64,000 bases of DNA from Dehalococcoidia bacterium (GTDB lineage Bacteria; Chloroflexota; Dehalococcoidia; Lucifugimonadales; JAGWBF01): NCBI GenBank assembly GCA_034423015.1, contig DAOUJG010000063.1:112865-176864 (forward strand), given 5' to 3'. Shown here piece by piece: positions 1-8,590 of this stretch. The notes below the pieces were generated by a model. The model made no database searches. It saw only the letters and a list, made by a program, of their open reading frames with translations, and was not told the DNA's origin. A program made the translations under genes and the position numbers. Each line of letters opens with the position of its first letter. Position 1 is the stretch's first letter.

Positions 1-14
1 GCGGGCGCGGACGG

Positions 15-1223
15 CTAGCGACAGCGCGGCAGATCCAGATACGAAAGGTCATTCCGCTCCACCTTCCCTAGACCGCTCGGAATGCACCCGCTCAACTCAT
101 TCCCGCCGAGATGCAGCAATTCCAGATTTGGCAGGGCGCCCAACTCAGGCGGTATCTCCCCGCTCAACTGATTCACTTCGAGGTTCAGGTTCACAAGATT
201 AGACAGGCTGCCCAACTCGGGCGGTATCTCTCCACTCAACTGATTGAATCGGAGATACAGCTCTTTCAGGTTGGACAGGGCGCCCAACTCAGGCGGTATC
301 TCACCGCTCAACTCGTTCACGTTGAGGATCAGACTTTCCAAGCTGGACAGGGCGCCCAACTCAGGCGGTATCTCACCGCTCAACTCATTCCCGCCGAGAT
401 GCAGCAATTCCAGATTTGGCAAGCCGCCCAACTCAGGCGGTATCTCACCGCTCAACTCGTTCACGTTGAGGATCAGAAATACCAAGCTGGACAAGCCACC
501 CAGCTCCGACGGTATCTCACCACTCAGCTCATTTTCGTTGAGGAACAGCTCTTTCAGGTTGGACAGGCCGCCCAGCTCCGGCGGTATCTCACCGCTCAAC
601 TCGTTGAAGCTGAGGGAGAGCTCTTTCAGGTTGGACAGGCCGCCCAGCTCCGGCGGTATCTCACCGCTCAACCAATTGTTGTGGAGGGACAGCACTTCCA
701 GGTTGGACAGGCCGCCCAGCTCCGGCGGTATCTCACCGCTCAACCCATTCGAGCCGAGGTGCAACTCTTCCAGGTTGGACAGATCGCCCAGCTCCGCCGG
801 TATCTCCCCCCTCAACCCATCCCAGAAGAGGAACAACTCTATCACGCGCCCGCTGCTGTCAGTGGTTACGCCGTGCCACTCCCCAACGGGAGCGTCGCTC
901 AGCCAGTTGTCGCTGCTATGCCAGTCGGCTCCTCCAGCGGCTTCGTAGAGGGCCTCCAGCGCAGCCCTCTCTTCGGCCAGCGTGGACGCCGGCGCAGGCG
1001 TTTGCGCCGGAGACTCCGTGGGCACGGTCGTAGGCGTTTGCGCCGGAGACTCCGTGGGCGCGGTCGTTGGCGTTTGCCCTGAGCTCGCAGCCGACGCGGG
1101 CGTCTGCCCCGGAGACGCCGTAGAGTCCGGTTCACCGGAGCAGGAGGCCAGCAGCAGCGCCGCCACGACAGCCAGCGCGGTCAGAAATGCGAATCGGGAT
1201 ATACTGGTCGTCATCTCTTTCAT
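15..1223 (-). CDS. LRR lipoprotein 1 (lipobox, Pro/Thr linker, plant-type N-cap, 11 x 24-aa LRR, C-cap)
   Basis: Lipobox LLLASC; repeats LxxLxLxxNxLSGEIPPELGxLxN; GGAG 8 nt before the ATG at 1223; TAG stop at 15-17. Confidence 0.92.
   Translation of the reverse strand: MKEMTTSISRFAFLTALAVVAALLLASCSGEPDSTASPGQTPASAASSGQTPTTAPTESPAQTPTTVPTESPAQTPAPASTLAEERAALEALYEAAGGADWHSSDNWLSDAPVGEWHGVTTDSSGRVIELFLFWDGLRGEIPAELGDLSNLEELHLGSNGLSGEIPPELGGLSNLEVLSLHNNWLSGEIPPELGGLSNLKELSLSFNELSGEIPPELGGLSNLKELFLNENELSGEIPSELGGLSSLVFLILNVNELSGEIPPELGGLPNLELLHLGGNELSGEIPPELGALSSLESLILNVNELSGEIPPELGALSNLKELYLRFNQLSGEIPPELGSLSNLVNLNLEVNQLSGEIPPELGALPNLELLHLGGNELSGCIPSGLGKVERNDLSYLDLPRCR
997..1078. repeat. 36-bp tandem repeat encoding the 12-aa Pro/Thr linker of LRR gene 1
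   Basis: ggcgtttgcgccggagactccgtggg at 997 and 1033, partial copy at 1069. Confidence 0.85.
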
Positions 1224-1290
1224 ATGGCACACTCCAGTCTAATGCTGGGTCTCTCTCCGAGGGAAAGAGGGCCCCTACGGGCGCGGACGG
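1224..1290 (-). repeat. 67-bp conserved intergenic spacer, copy 1 (hairpin plus RBS)
   Basis: Near-identical to 2608-2674; ctctttcc/ggagagag stem and GGAG on the minus strand. Confidence 0.85.
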
Positions 1291-2607
1291 CTAGCCGCAG
1301 GGCGGCAGCCCCAGACCCGAGATGTCACTCTGCTCCACTTCTCCGAGACCACCGGGTATGCACCCGCTCAACTGGTTCCCGTTAAGGCGCAGCTCTTTTA
1401 GATTGGGCAGGCCGCCCAACTCCGGCGGTATCTCTCCCCTCAACTGATTCACTTTGAGTTGAAGCCGTTCCAGGTTGGACAGGCTGCCCAGCTCCGACGG
1501 TATTTCCCCGCTCAACTCATTCCAACTGAGGTCCAGGTTTCTAAGATTGGGCAGGCCGCCCAGCTCCGACGGTATCTCTCCGGTCAACTCATTCCCGAAG
1601 ATGTGCAGCAGCTCCAGATTGGACAGGCTGCCCAGTTCCGACGGTATCTCCCCACTCAGCTGATTATTGCTGAGGAGCAGCGACTCCAGGTTGGACAGGC
1701 TGCCCAGCTCCGACGGTATCTCCCCACTCAACTGATTTTGGCTGAGGAACAGCGACTCCAGGTTGGACAGGCTGCCCAACTCCGGCGGTATCTCCCCGCT
1801 CAACTCATTCCCGTGGAGGTCCAGCAATTGCAGATTGGACAGGCTGCCCAACCACGACGGTATCTCCCCGCTCAACCCGGTCCCGCTGAGTCCCAACTCT
1901 TCCAGATTGGACAGGCCACCCAGCCATGGCGGTATCTCCCCGCTCAGCTCGATCCCGCTGAGGCTCAACTCTTCCAGATTGGACAGGTTGACCAACTCCG
2001 GCGGTATTTCACCCCTCAACTCATTGTAGCTGAGGGACAGGCTTCTAAGATTGGACAGGCTACCCAACCACGATGGTATCTCCCCGCTCAACTCGTTCCA
2101 GCCAAGGCGCAGGGTTTCCAGATTGGATAGGCCTCCCAGCTCCGGCGGTATCTCCCCGCCCAACTCATTCCAGCCGAGGCGCAGGGCTTCCAGATTGGAC
2201 AGGCCTCCCAGCTCCGTCGGTATCTCCCCTCTCAACCCATTTTCTTCGAGGTCCAGTTCTATCACGCGCCCGCTGTTGTCAGTGGTTACGCCGTGCCACT
2301 CCCCAATGGGAGCATCGCTCAGCCAGTTGTCGCTGCTTTCCCAGCCGGCTCCCCCGGCGGCTTCGTAGAGAGCCTTCAGCGCAGCCCTCTCTTCGGCCAG
2401 CGTGGACGCCGGCGCAGGCGTTTGCGCCGGAGACTCCGTGGGCGTCGGTGCAAGCGTTTGCCCTGGGCTCGCAGCCGACGCGGGCGTCTGCCCCGGAGAC
2501 GCCGTAGAGTCCGGTTCACCGGAGCAGGAGGCCAGCAGCAGCGCCGCCACGACAGCCAGCGCGGTCAGAAACGTGAATCGGGATACGCCGGTCGCCATCT
2601 CTTTCAT
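1291..2607 (-). CDS. LRR lipoprotein 2 (13 x 24-aa LRR)
   Basis: Same signal peptide, N-cap and C-cap as gene 1; start moved to MKEM (ATG 2607) behind the same GGAG. Confidence 0.92.
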   Translation of the reverse strand: MKEMATGVSRFTFLTALAVVAALLLASCSGEPDSTASPGQTPASAASPGQTLAPTPTESPAQTPAPASTLAEERAALKALYEAAGGAGWESSDNWLSDAPIGEWHGVTTDNSGRVIELDLEENGLRGEIPTELGGLSNLEALRLGWNELGGEIPPELGGLSNLETLRLGWNELSGEIPSWLGSLSNLRSLSLSYNELRGEIPPELVNLSNLEELSLSGIELSGEIPPWLGGLSNLEELGLSGTGLSGEIPSWLGSLSNLQLLDLHGNELSGEIPPELGSLSNLESLFLSQNQLSGEIPSELGSLSNLESLLLSNNQLSGEIPSELGSLSNLELLHIFGNELTGEIPSELGGLPNLRNLDLSWNELSGEIPSELGSLSNLERLQLKVNQLRGEIPPELGGLPNLKELRLNGNQLSGCIPGGLGEVEQSDISGLGLPPCG

Positions 2608-2674
2608 ATGGCGCACTCCAGTCTAATGCTGGGTCTCTCTCTGAGGGAAAGAGGGCCCCTACGGGCGCGAACGG
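2608..2674 (-). repeat. 67-bp conserved intergenic spacer, copy 2
   Basis: Near-identical to 1224-1290. Confidence 0.85.
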
Positions 2675-2858
2675 CTAGCCGCAGGGCGGCAGCCCCAGAT
2701 CCGAGAGGTCACTCCGATCCACGTCTCCGAGATCTCTTGGTTTGCACCCGCTCAACTGATTCTTGCCGAGGCGCAGCGCTACCAGATTGGACAGGCTGCC
2801 CAGCTCCGGTCGTATCCCTCCGCTCAACTCGTTCCAGCCGAGGGACAGATCTCCCAGT
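2675..2858 (-). pseudogene. Orphan 3' end of an LRR lipoprotein (about 1.5 LRR plus complete C-cap)
   Basis: A different frame reads LSLGWNELSGGIRPELGSLSNLVALRLGKNQLSGCKPRDLGDVDRSDLSDLGLPPCG* and has no start or N-cap of its own. Confidence 0.8.
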
Positions 2859-3978
2859 CCACTTCTTCGATACCACCGGGTATGCACCCGCTCAGCTGGT
2901 TTCCGCTGACATGCAGCAATCGCAGATTGGACAGGCTGCCCATCTCCGGTGGTATGTGACCGCTCAGTTGATTGTCGTTTAGCCACAGCAGTTCCAAATT
3001 AGACAGGCTACCCAGCTCCGCCGGTATCTCCCCGCTCAACTCATTGAATCTGAGTCCCAGCACTTTCAGATTGGACAGGCCGCCCAGCTCCGTCGGTATC
3101 TCTCCGCTCAACCCATTGAAGCTGAGAGACAGCTCTTCCAGATTTGACAGGCTGCCCAGGTCCGCCGGTATCGCTCCGCTCAATTGATTATTGCCGAGGG
3201 ACATGTCTTCCAGATTGGTTAGGCCGCCCAACTCAGGCGGTATCTCACCACTCAACTCATTCTCAAAGAGCGACAGCTCTTTCAGGTTGGGCAGGCTGCC
3301 CAGCTCCGGCGGTATCTCACCGCTCAGCTTATTGAAGCTGAGGAACAGCGTTTCCAGGTTGGACAGGCCGCCCAGCTCCGGCGGTATCTCACCGCTCAAC
3401 CGATTATTGGCGAGAATCAGCTGTTCCAGATTGGACAGGCTGCCCAGTTCCGGCGGTATCTCACCGCTCAACTCATTCCCGGCGAGAGTCAGCTGTTCCA
3501 GATTGGACAGGCTGCCCAGTTCCGACGGTATCTCACCACTCAAATGATTATTGCCGAGGGCCAACGTTTCCAGGTTGGACAGGCCGCCCAGCTCCGGCGG
3601 TATCTCACCACCCAACCGATTTTCTTCGAGGTCCAGCTCTATCACGCGCCCGCTGGCGTCAGTGGTTACGTTGCTCCATTCTCCAAGGGGAGCGTCGCTC
3701 AGCCAATTGCGACTGTACCTCCAGCGGGATCCCCCGGCAGCTTCGTAGAGAGCCTCCAGCGTAGCCCGCTCTGCTGCCAGCACGGCCGCTGGCGCAGGCG
3801 CCTGATCCGGAGACTCCGTCGGAACGGTCGTCGGCGTTTGCCCTGAGGTCGCAGCCGACGCGGGCGTTTGCTCCGGAGACTCCGCGGAATCCGGCTCACC
3901 GGAACAGGAGGCCAGCAGCAGCGCCGCCACGACAGCCAGCATGGTAAGCATCCGTTTGGTCATTTCCGCTATACGCAA
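2824..3978 (-). CDS. LRR lipoprotein 3 (11 LRR), C-cap cut short by a frameshifting junction
   Basis: Lipobox LLLASC and LRRs; ends GCIPGGIEEVD then unrelated residues instead of the DLxxLxLPxC cap. Confidence 0.85.
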   Translation of the reverse strand: MRIAEMTKRMLTMLAVVAALLLASCSGEPDSAESPEQTPASAATSGQTPTTVPTESPDQAPAPAAVLAAERATLEALYEAAGGSRWRYSRNWLSDAPLGEWSNVTTDASGRVIELDLEENRLGGEIPPELGGLSNLETLALGNNHLSGEIPSELGSLSNLEQLTLAGNELSGEIPPELGSLSNLEQLILANNRLSGEIPPELGGLSNLETLFLSFNKLSGEIPPELGSLPNLKELSLFENELSGEIPPELGGLTNLEDMSLGNNQLSGAIPADLGSLSNLEELSLSFNGLSGEIPTELGGLSNLKVLGLRFNELSGEIPAELGSLSNLELLWLNDNQLSGHIPPEMGSLSNLRLLHVSGNQLSGCIPGGIEEVDWEICPSAGTS

Positions 3979-4406
3979 CCTGCCTCGTCGAGCACCTCTA
4001 GGAGAACCTTCTCGGCCTATCCATGGTGGTATTGTCGTCGCCGTCGTTCCCGTCGCTTCGCTGGACCCAGGAGGATTTCGTTTCGATCATTCTCCAGTGG
4101 AGCAATCCTGGCAGTCCTCATCTCCCACTGGATTCTCAGTAGTCAGCTCTACCGACAATCGGAATGATCGCAGTTATGGCGGCGATCATCGCCAGAATGA
4201 TGGCGAACTCTATACCCAGGAGCGCCAGCCCTGTAGATCACTTCACTTATCTTCCAGGGCGTGTGCGCCAATACGGCCCAGGCGTCTCTTATTCGCGCCG
4301 GACCCAGCCGCACCTGTAGTCACCCGTTCTTCCTGTGCGGAAGCCAAGCGAACACTTCCCGACCGTGTCGCGGGCATACTCCCCCCAGAGGATACCACCG
4401 CATGCA

Positions 4407-4454
4407 TAACAGAGGGATAACAATTTGCGATAAGTTCAGTAACAGCTTGTAACA
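4407..4454. promoter_or_regulatory. Candidate OmpR/PhoB-type direct-repeat operator (4 x TAACA)
   Basis: TAACA at 4407, 4418, 4440 and 4450 (spacing 11/22/10) in an AT-rich patch upstream of the wHTH-containing regulator. Confidence 0.55.
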
Positions 4455-4528
4455 GTTCGCGGAATCCGGCATAATTGCCCCTGTAGCCGCCCATTCACTC
4501 TCCATAGGCAGACCATCGAGGTGACCAG

Positions 4529-6895
4529 TTGAAGAGACGGGACGAAGTGATGAGAGAGAACGATGCCCTGCGGGAGCGCCTTTCGCGCCTGAGCAGGGCC
4601 AGCCTTCGCATCACCGAAGACCTGGACTTCAACGCCGTGCTCCAGGGGGTGGTGGACAGCGCACGGTCGCTCACCTCCTCGCGCTACGGCGCGATCACCG
4701 TCACTGGGGAGGGCGGACACACGTCCGACTTCATCGTCTCCGGAATGACCAATGAGGAGCATCAGGGGCTCTGGAACATGCCGGAGGGTCTGGGGTTCTT
4801 CGAGTACCTCAGCGGCCTTACCGAGCCCCTGCGGGTCTCGAATATCGACAATCACCTGAGAGAGCTGGGTATGCCGGAGTTCTCGCCCTCCGTCCCGGTG
4901 ACCTCCCTACTGGTGGCTCCGATTCGCCACGGAAGGGGCTGGGTCGGCACCATCTTCCTGGGCCACGATACGCATGACCGGGAGTTCACCCAGGAGGATG
5001 AGGAGACGCTGGTGCTCTTCGCCTCCCAGGCGGCGATGGCCATCGCCAACGCCCGCAGGCATCGGGAGGAGCGGCGGGCCAGGGCAGACCTGGAGACGCT
5101 GGTGGACACCTCCCCGGTGGGCGTGGTGGTCTTCGACGCCGCGACCGGAGCCCCGAAGTCCTTCAACCGCGAGGCCATGAGGATCGTCGATAGCCTCCGC
5201 GACCCCGGGCAGTCCCCCGAGGACCTTCTCACCGTGGTGACCTTCAGGCGGGCCGATGGGCGGGTGGTGTCGCTGCGGGAGTTCCCGGTCGTGGAGGCGC
5301 TGCGCTCGGGCGAGACGCTGCGGGCCGAGGAGGTGGTCATCAACGTACCGGACGGGCGGAGCGTCACGCTGCTGCTCAACGCGACTCCCATCGTCTCGCC
5401 CGAGGGCGAGATAGAGTCGATGGTCGTCACCATGCAGGACATGGCCGACGTGGAGGAGCTGGAGCGGCTGCGGGCGGAGTTCCTGGCGATGGTGAGCCAC
5501 GAGCTGAGGACTCCCCTGACCTCCATCATGGGGTCGGTCACCGCGATCATGGACGCGGGTACGGACCTCGACCCCGCCGTGGTCCGCCAGTTCCTCCGCA
5601 TCATCGGGGACCAGGCCGGCAACATGAACGCCCTGGTCGCCGACCTTCTGGACGTGGCCCGCATCGAGACGGGCGAGCTGCCAATCGGTCCCGAGCCCGC
5701 CGAGGTTGCCGTGCTGGTGGACCGGGCGAGAATCGCCTTCAAGAGCGCGGGAGGCGGGAACGACCTTGCCATCGACATCGAGCCCGGCCTGCCCCTGGTG
5801 ATGGCGGACAGGCGGCGCATCGTCCAGGTGCTGGTCAACCTGCTCTCCAACGCGGCCCGGCACTCCCCCGAGTCGTCGGTCATCAGGATGAGCGCCGTGC
5901 GGGACGGCGTTCACGTGGCGTTCTCAGTGGCCGACGAGGGGCGGGGCATCCCGGCCGAGAGCCTGCCCGATCTGTTCCGCAAGTTCTCCGGGGTGCAGAC
6001 CGAGGAGCAGGGAGGGGACACGGGCCTGGGCCTCGCCATCTGCAAGGGCATCGTGGAGGCGCACGGGGGCCGCATCTGGGCCGAGAGCGACGGGCCGGGA
6101 GCGGGGGCGTGCTTCACCTTCACGCTGCCGACGGTCGAGGACTCCGGGGGCGGGCTCCCTTCGACATCGACGCGGCGTGACCGGATTGCGGAGGAGAAGA
6201 GGCCGCGCATCCTGGCGGTGGACGACGACCCCAACGACCTCCGCTACGTCCGCGACACCCTCGCCAAGTCTGGCTACGACCCGGTGGTGACCGGGGAGCC
6301 GGAGGAGGCGGTCCGCCTCGTGGCCGACGAGAGGCCGGAGCTTGTGCTGCTGGACATGATGCTCCCGGGTACGGACGGCATCGAGCTGATGAAGGACATC
6401 CTCGACGTGGCCGACGTGCCGGTCATCTTCCTGTCCGTCTACGGGCGGGAGGAGCTCATCGCCAAAGCCTTCGACACAGGGGCCGCCGACTACGTGGTCA
6501 AGCCCTTCTCGCCCACGGAGCTTTCGGCGAGGATCAGGGCTGCCCTTCGCCGGAGGGCCGCCGCGGAGCCGTCGGAGCCGTACGTGCGTGGCGACCTGAC
6601 CGTCGACTACTCAGGGCGCAGGGTGGTCCTGGCCGGGCGTCCCCTGCATCTCACGCCGAATGAGTACGGGGTGCTGGCCGAGCTTTCGGCCAACGCCGGG
6701 CGGCTGGTGACCTACGAGCGCCTCCTGAATCGGGTCTGGGGCGAGAAGAATGATGGGGATGTGCGGACCCTACGCACCACCATCGGCAGGCTCCGCCGCA
6801 AGCTGGGCGACGATGCGGACACCCCCACTTACATCTTCAACGAGCCCCGCGTCGGCTACCGGATGCCGGAGAGGGAGGATGACTCCGAGGGGTAA
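4529..6895 (+). CDS. Single-chain hybrid sensor kinase/response regulator: GAF-PAS-HisKA-HATPase-REC-OmpR-type wHTH
   Basis: H-box VSHELRTPL, N-box NLLSNA, G-boxes DEGRGI and GLGLAI, receiver VDDD...LLDMMLP...KPF, C-terminal LTPNEY...RLRRKLG...VGYR; no obvious TM helix. Confidence 0.92.
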   Translation: MKRRDEVMRENDALRERLSRLSRASLRITEDLDFNAVLQGVVDSARSLTSSRYGAITVTGEGGHTSDFIVSGMTNEEHQGLWNMPEGLGFFEYLSGLTEPLRVSNIDNHLRELGMPEFSPSVPVTSLLVAPIRHGRGWVGTIFLGHDTHDREFTQEDEETLVLFASQAAMAIANARRHREERRARADLETLVDTSPVGVVVFDAATGAPKSFNREAMRIVDSLRDPGQSPEDLLTVVTFRRADGRVVSLREFPVVEALRSGETLRAEEVVINVPDGRSVTLLLNATPIVSPEGEIESMVVTMQDMADVEELERLRAEFLAMVSHELRTPLTSIMGSVTAIMDAGTDLDPAVVRQFLRIIGDQAGNMNALVADLLDVARIETGELPIGPEPAEVAVLVDRARIAFKSAGGGNDLAIDIEPGLPLVMADRRRIVQVLVNLLSNAARHSPESSVIRMSAVRDGVHVAFSVADEGRGIPAESLPDLFRKFSGVQTEEQGGDTGLGLAICKGIVEAHGGRIWAESDGPGAGACFTFTLPTVEDSGGGLPSTSTRRDRIAEEKRPRILAVDDDPNDLRYVRDTLAKSGYDPVVTGEPEEAVRLVADERPELVLLDMMLPGTDGIELMKDILDVADVPVIFLSVYGREELIAKAFDTGAADYVVKPFSPTELSARIRAALRRRAAAEPSEPYVRGDLTVDYSGRRVVLAGRPLHLTPNEYGVLAELSANAGRLVTYERLLNRVWGEKNDGDVRTLRTTIGRLRRKLGDDADTPTYIFNEPRVGYRMPEREDDSEG

Positions 6896-6940
6896 GCGGC
6901 GTTGTAGGTCCTTATGGATTCAAAGGGAGGGTGGAGACAA

Positions 6941-7390
6941 ATGAGATCGACTCTGTTGGAGTTCATACCCCGCATGGCGCTTATGGCGGTGATTGCCCTG
7001 GCCGTGGCAGCCTGCGGCGGCAATGGTGAGGAGACGGGGGCTGCTCAGGACGCAGCAACGTCGGCGCTGGCCGCGGAGTCTGGCACGCCCGCTCTCCCGC
7101 TCGACACACCGGCCCCGACCGCCAACGAGACTGTCCCTGGGGGGATAGAGGATGCGGCCCGCAAGCTCCTGGCGGACGAGTTGGGAGTAGGCGAGGGCGA
7201 CTTCACGCTCGATAGCTCCGAGGGGATGGGATGGTCCGACGCCAGCCTTGTATGCCCGAAGGAGGGCTTCATGTACGCCCAAGTCCTCACTCCGGGCTAC
7301 AAGCTGGTCTTCGATCTCGCGGGCACGTCAGACGCCGTGCATACCAACTCCGACGCCTCACACATGGTGATCTGCGGAGACGGGCAGTAG
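6941..7390 (+). CDS. Lipoprotein with WxDxSLxCP...Q..TPGY...HT...C domain of unknown function
   Basis: Strong RBS before ATG 6941; lipobox LAVAAC; paired Cys motif recalled from uncharacterised Chloroflexota/cyanobacterial lipoproteins. Confidence 0.75.
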   Translation: MRSTLLEFIPRMALMAVIALAVAACGGNGEETGAAQDAATSALAAESGTPALPLDTPAPTANETVPGGIEDAARKLLADELGVGEGDFTLDSSEGMGWSDASLVCPKEGFMYAQVLTPGYKLVFDLAGTSDAVHTNSDASHMVICGDGQ

Positions 7391-7500
7391 TTTGCGGAGG
7401 ATGCGTTGAGACTCAAGATTGAGGACATCCCCATCACGAAGGAGTTCAGGCGTGAGAACGATAGTCCTCACTGTATGACTGAGCACGCAGTACGCGTTTA

Positions 7501-7773
7501 CATCTCCCGCCGCCGCCCCACACTCATGGACCGGACCTCTCCGCCAAGAAATCCCGCTCCACCTTCAGCTGGCCGATCTCCTGGTACAACCGGGCCACCA
7601 GGGCGGCCTCATTCTTGGCCTTCTTCTCCTGGCCGTTGCCGAAGACGCCAGAGGCCCCTTCTATGAAGGCCTTCTTCCAGGTCTGAATCTGGCCCGGGTG
7701 CACCTCGTACCGGGCGGCCAGCTGGGCCACCGTATCCTGGCCCTTCACTGCCTCCAAAGCCACCTTGGCCTTG
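7501..7773 (-). mobile_element. IS3-family remnant (5'-truncated orfA plus first codons of orfB)
   Basis: KAKVALEA...VHPGQI..WKK...LYQEIGQLKVERDFL HTH transposase motif, followed by overlapping MSVGRRREM that then stops resembling orfB. Confidence 0.8.
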
Positions 7774-8156
7774 TTCGCGCATGCAGGCAGGCAGGGCCAC
7801 ACCGCGGCCTGCCGCCTCTCATTCAACCCGGTCTACATCTCATTCGGCTGTCCATGAGAACCGTAGTCTTCTGTCGATTGGAGGACGGACAACGAGGAGC
7901 AAGCCAGGGAGGAGGCTTGAGAGACGCATGGATAGGGGTGACTCGGTCTCCGACGGCCGCTGGGACTTGTATCACCGCCAGCTGGCGCAATGGGATCAGG
8001 AGAGCGAGGGGCTCCAGGGGTGTGCCACCTTGTATTTAGACACGAGCACTGTTCCCAGGCTCCTGCATGGGGTCCCTGCCAATGCTCGTGAGAATGGTGG
8101 GGCAATGATCTTGTCGGTCTTGCCGGTGCCACAAGACCGCCCAGTGAGGTAGAAGA

Positions 8157-8558
8157 TCACCCTTGATAGTACGCCTTCAAGAGAAAACCAGAAAGCGGAG
8201 ACGCCCGCCCACAGCAACGGGCAAATATTAGAAGTGCTAGGGAAGCAACGAAACCACCGGCAGCGACAATTGGCGCCCATCCGACCTCGCGCTCAGTGCC
8301 TCCATGCAAGCTGACGACGACAAGGGGAACCCCAATCGTCACGGTCGTGATGAAGACCGTGAATCGCTCTATTCGCTCCTCTACGGCCACCAAGCGTCTT
8401 AAGCTATACTCATAGACACTCGGTACGAATTCCCACGCGAAGTCTAGAGCCGTCTTCTCCCGTGGCTTAGACAAGTCACTCCCCATTCTTTTGGAGCATG
8501 TCCTCAACATCGACATTTTGCATAAGTGGTAACAAACATGGGAACAACCCCGACTCAA
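8157..8558 (-). CDS. Hypothetical membrane protein, possibly degenerate
   Basis: Two hydrophobic segments after YEYSLRRLVAVEERI; atypical composition; C-terminus looks frameshifted. Confidence 0.4.
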   Translation of the reverse strand: MSRGCSHVCYHLCKMSMLRTCSKRMGSDLSKPREKTALDFAWEFVPSVYEYSLRRLVAVEERIERFTVFITTVTIGVPLVVVSLHGGTEREVGWAPIVAAGGFVASLALLIFARCCGRASPLSGFLLKAYYQG

Positions 8559-8590
8559 TAGGGAGATGTGCAGCTACATAAGGGATTTAC

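Larger units (their letters stand above)
60..3640. repeat. 72-bp LRR coding units in three blocks
   Basis: Recurring ...ccagctccggcggtatctcaccgctcaac... with 72-bp period; constant core with a variable segment. Confidence 0.95.

Noticed and set aside
60-3640. CRISPR array or DGR reading of the 72-bp repeats
   Set aside because: The repeats are in-frame coding LRR units inside intact genes; there are no cas genes, no reverse transcriptase and no adenine-specific TR/VR pair in the window.
111-3846. Long plus-strand ORFs with repeated QAAQLRRYL
   Set aside because: Antisense shadows of the LRR repeats; the minus-strand frame has the lipobox, RBS and family motifs.
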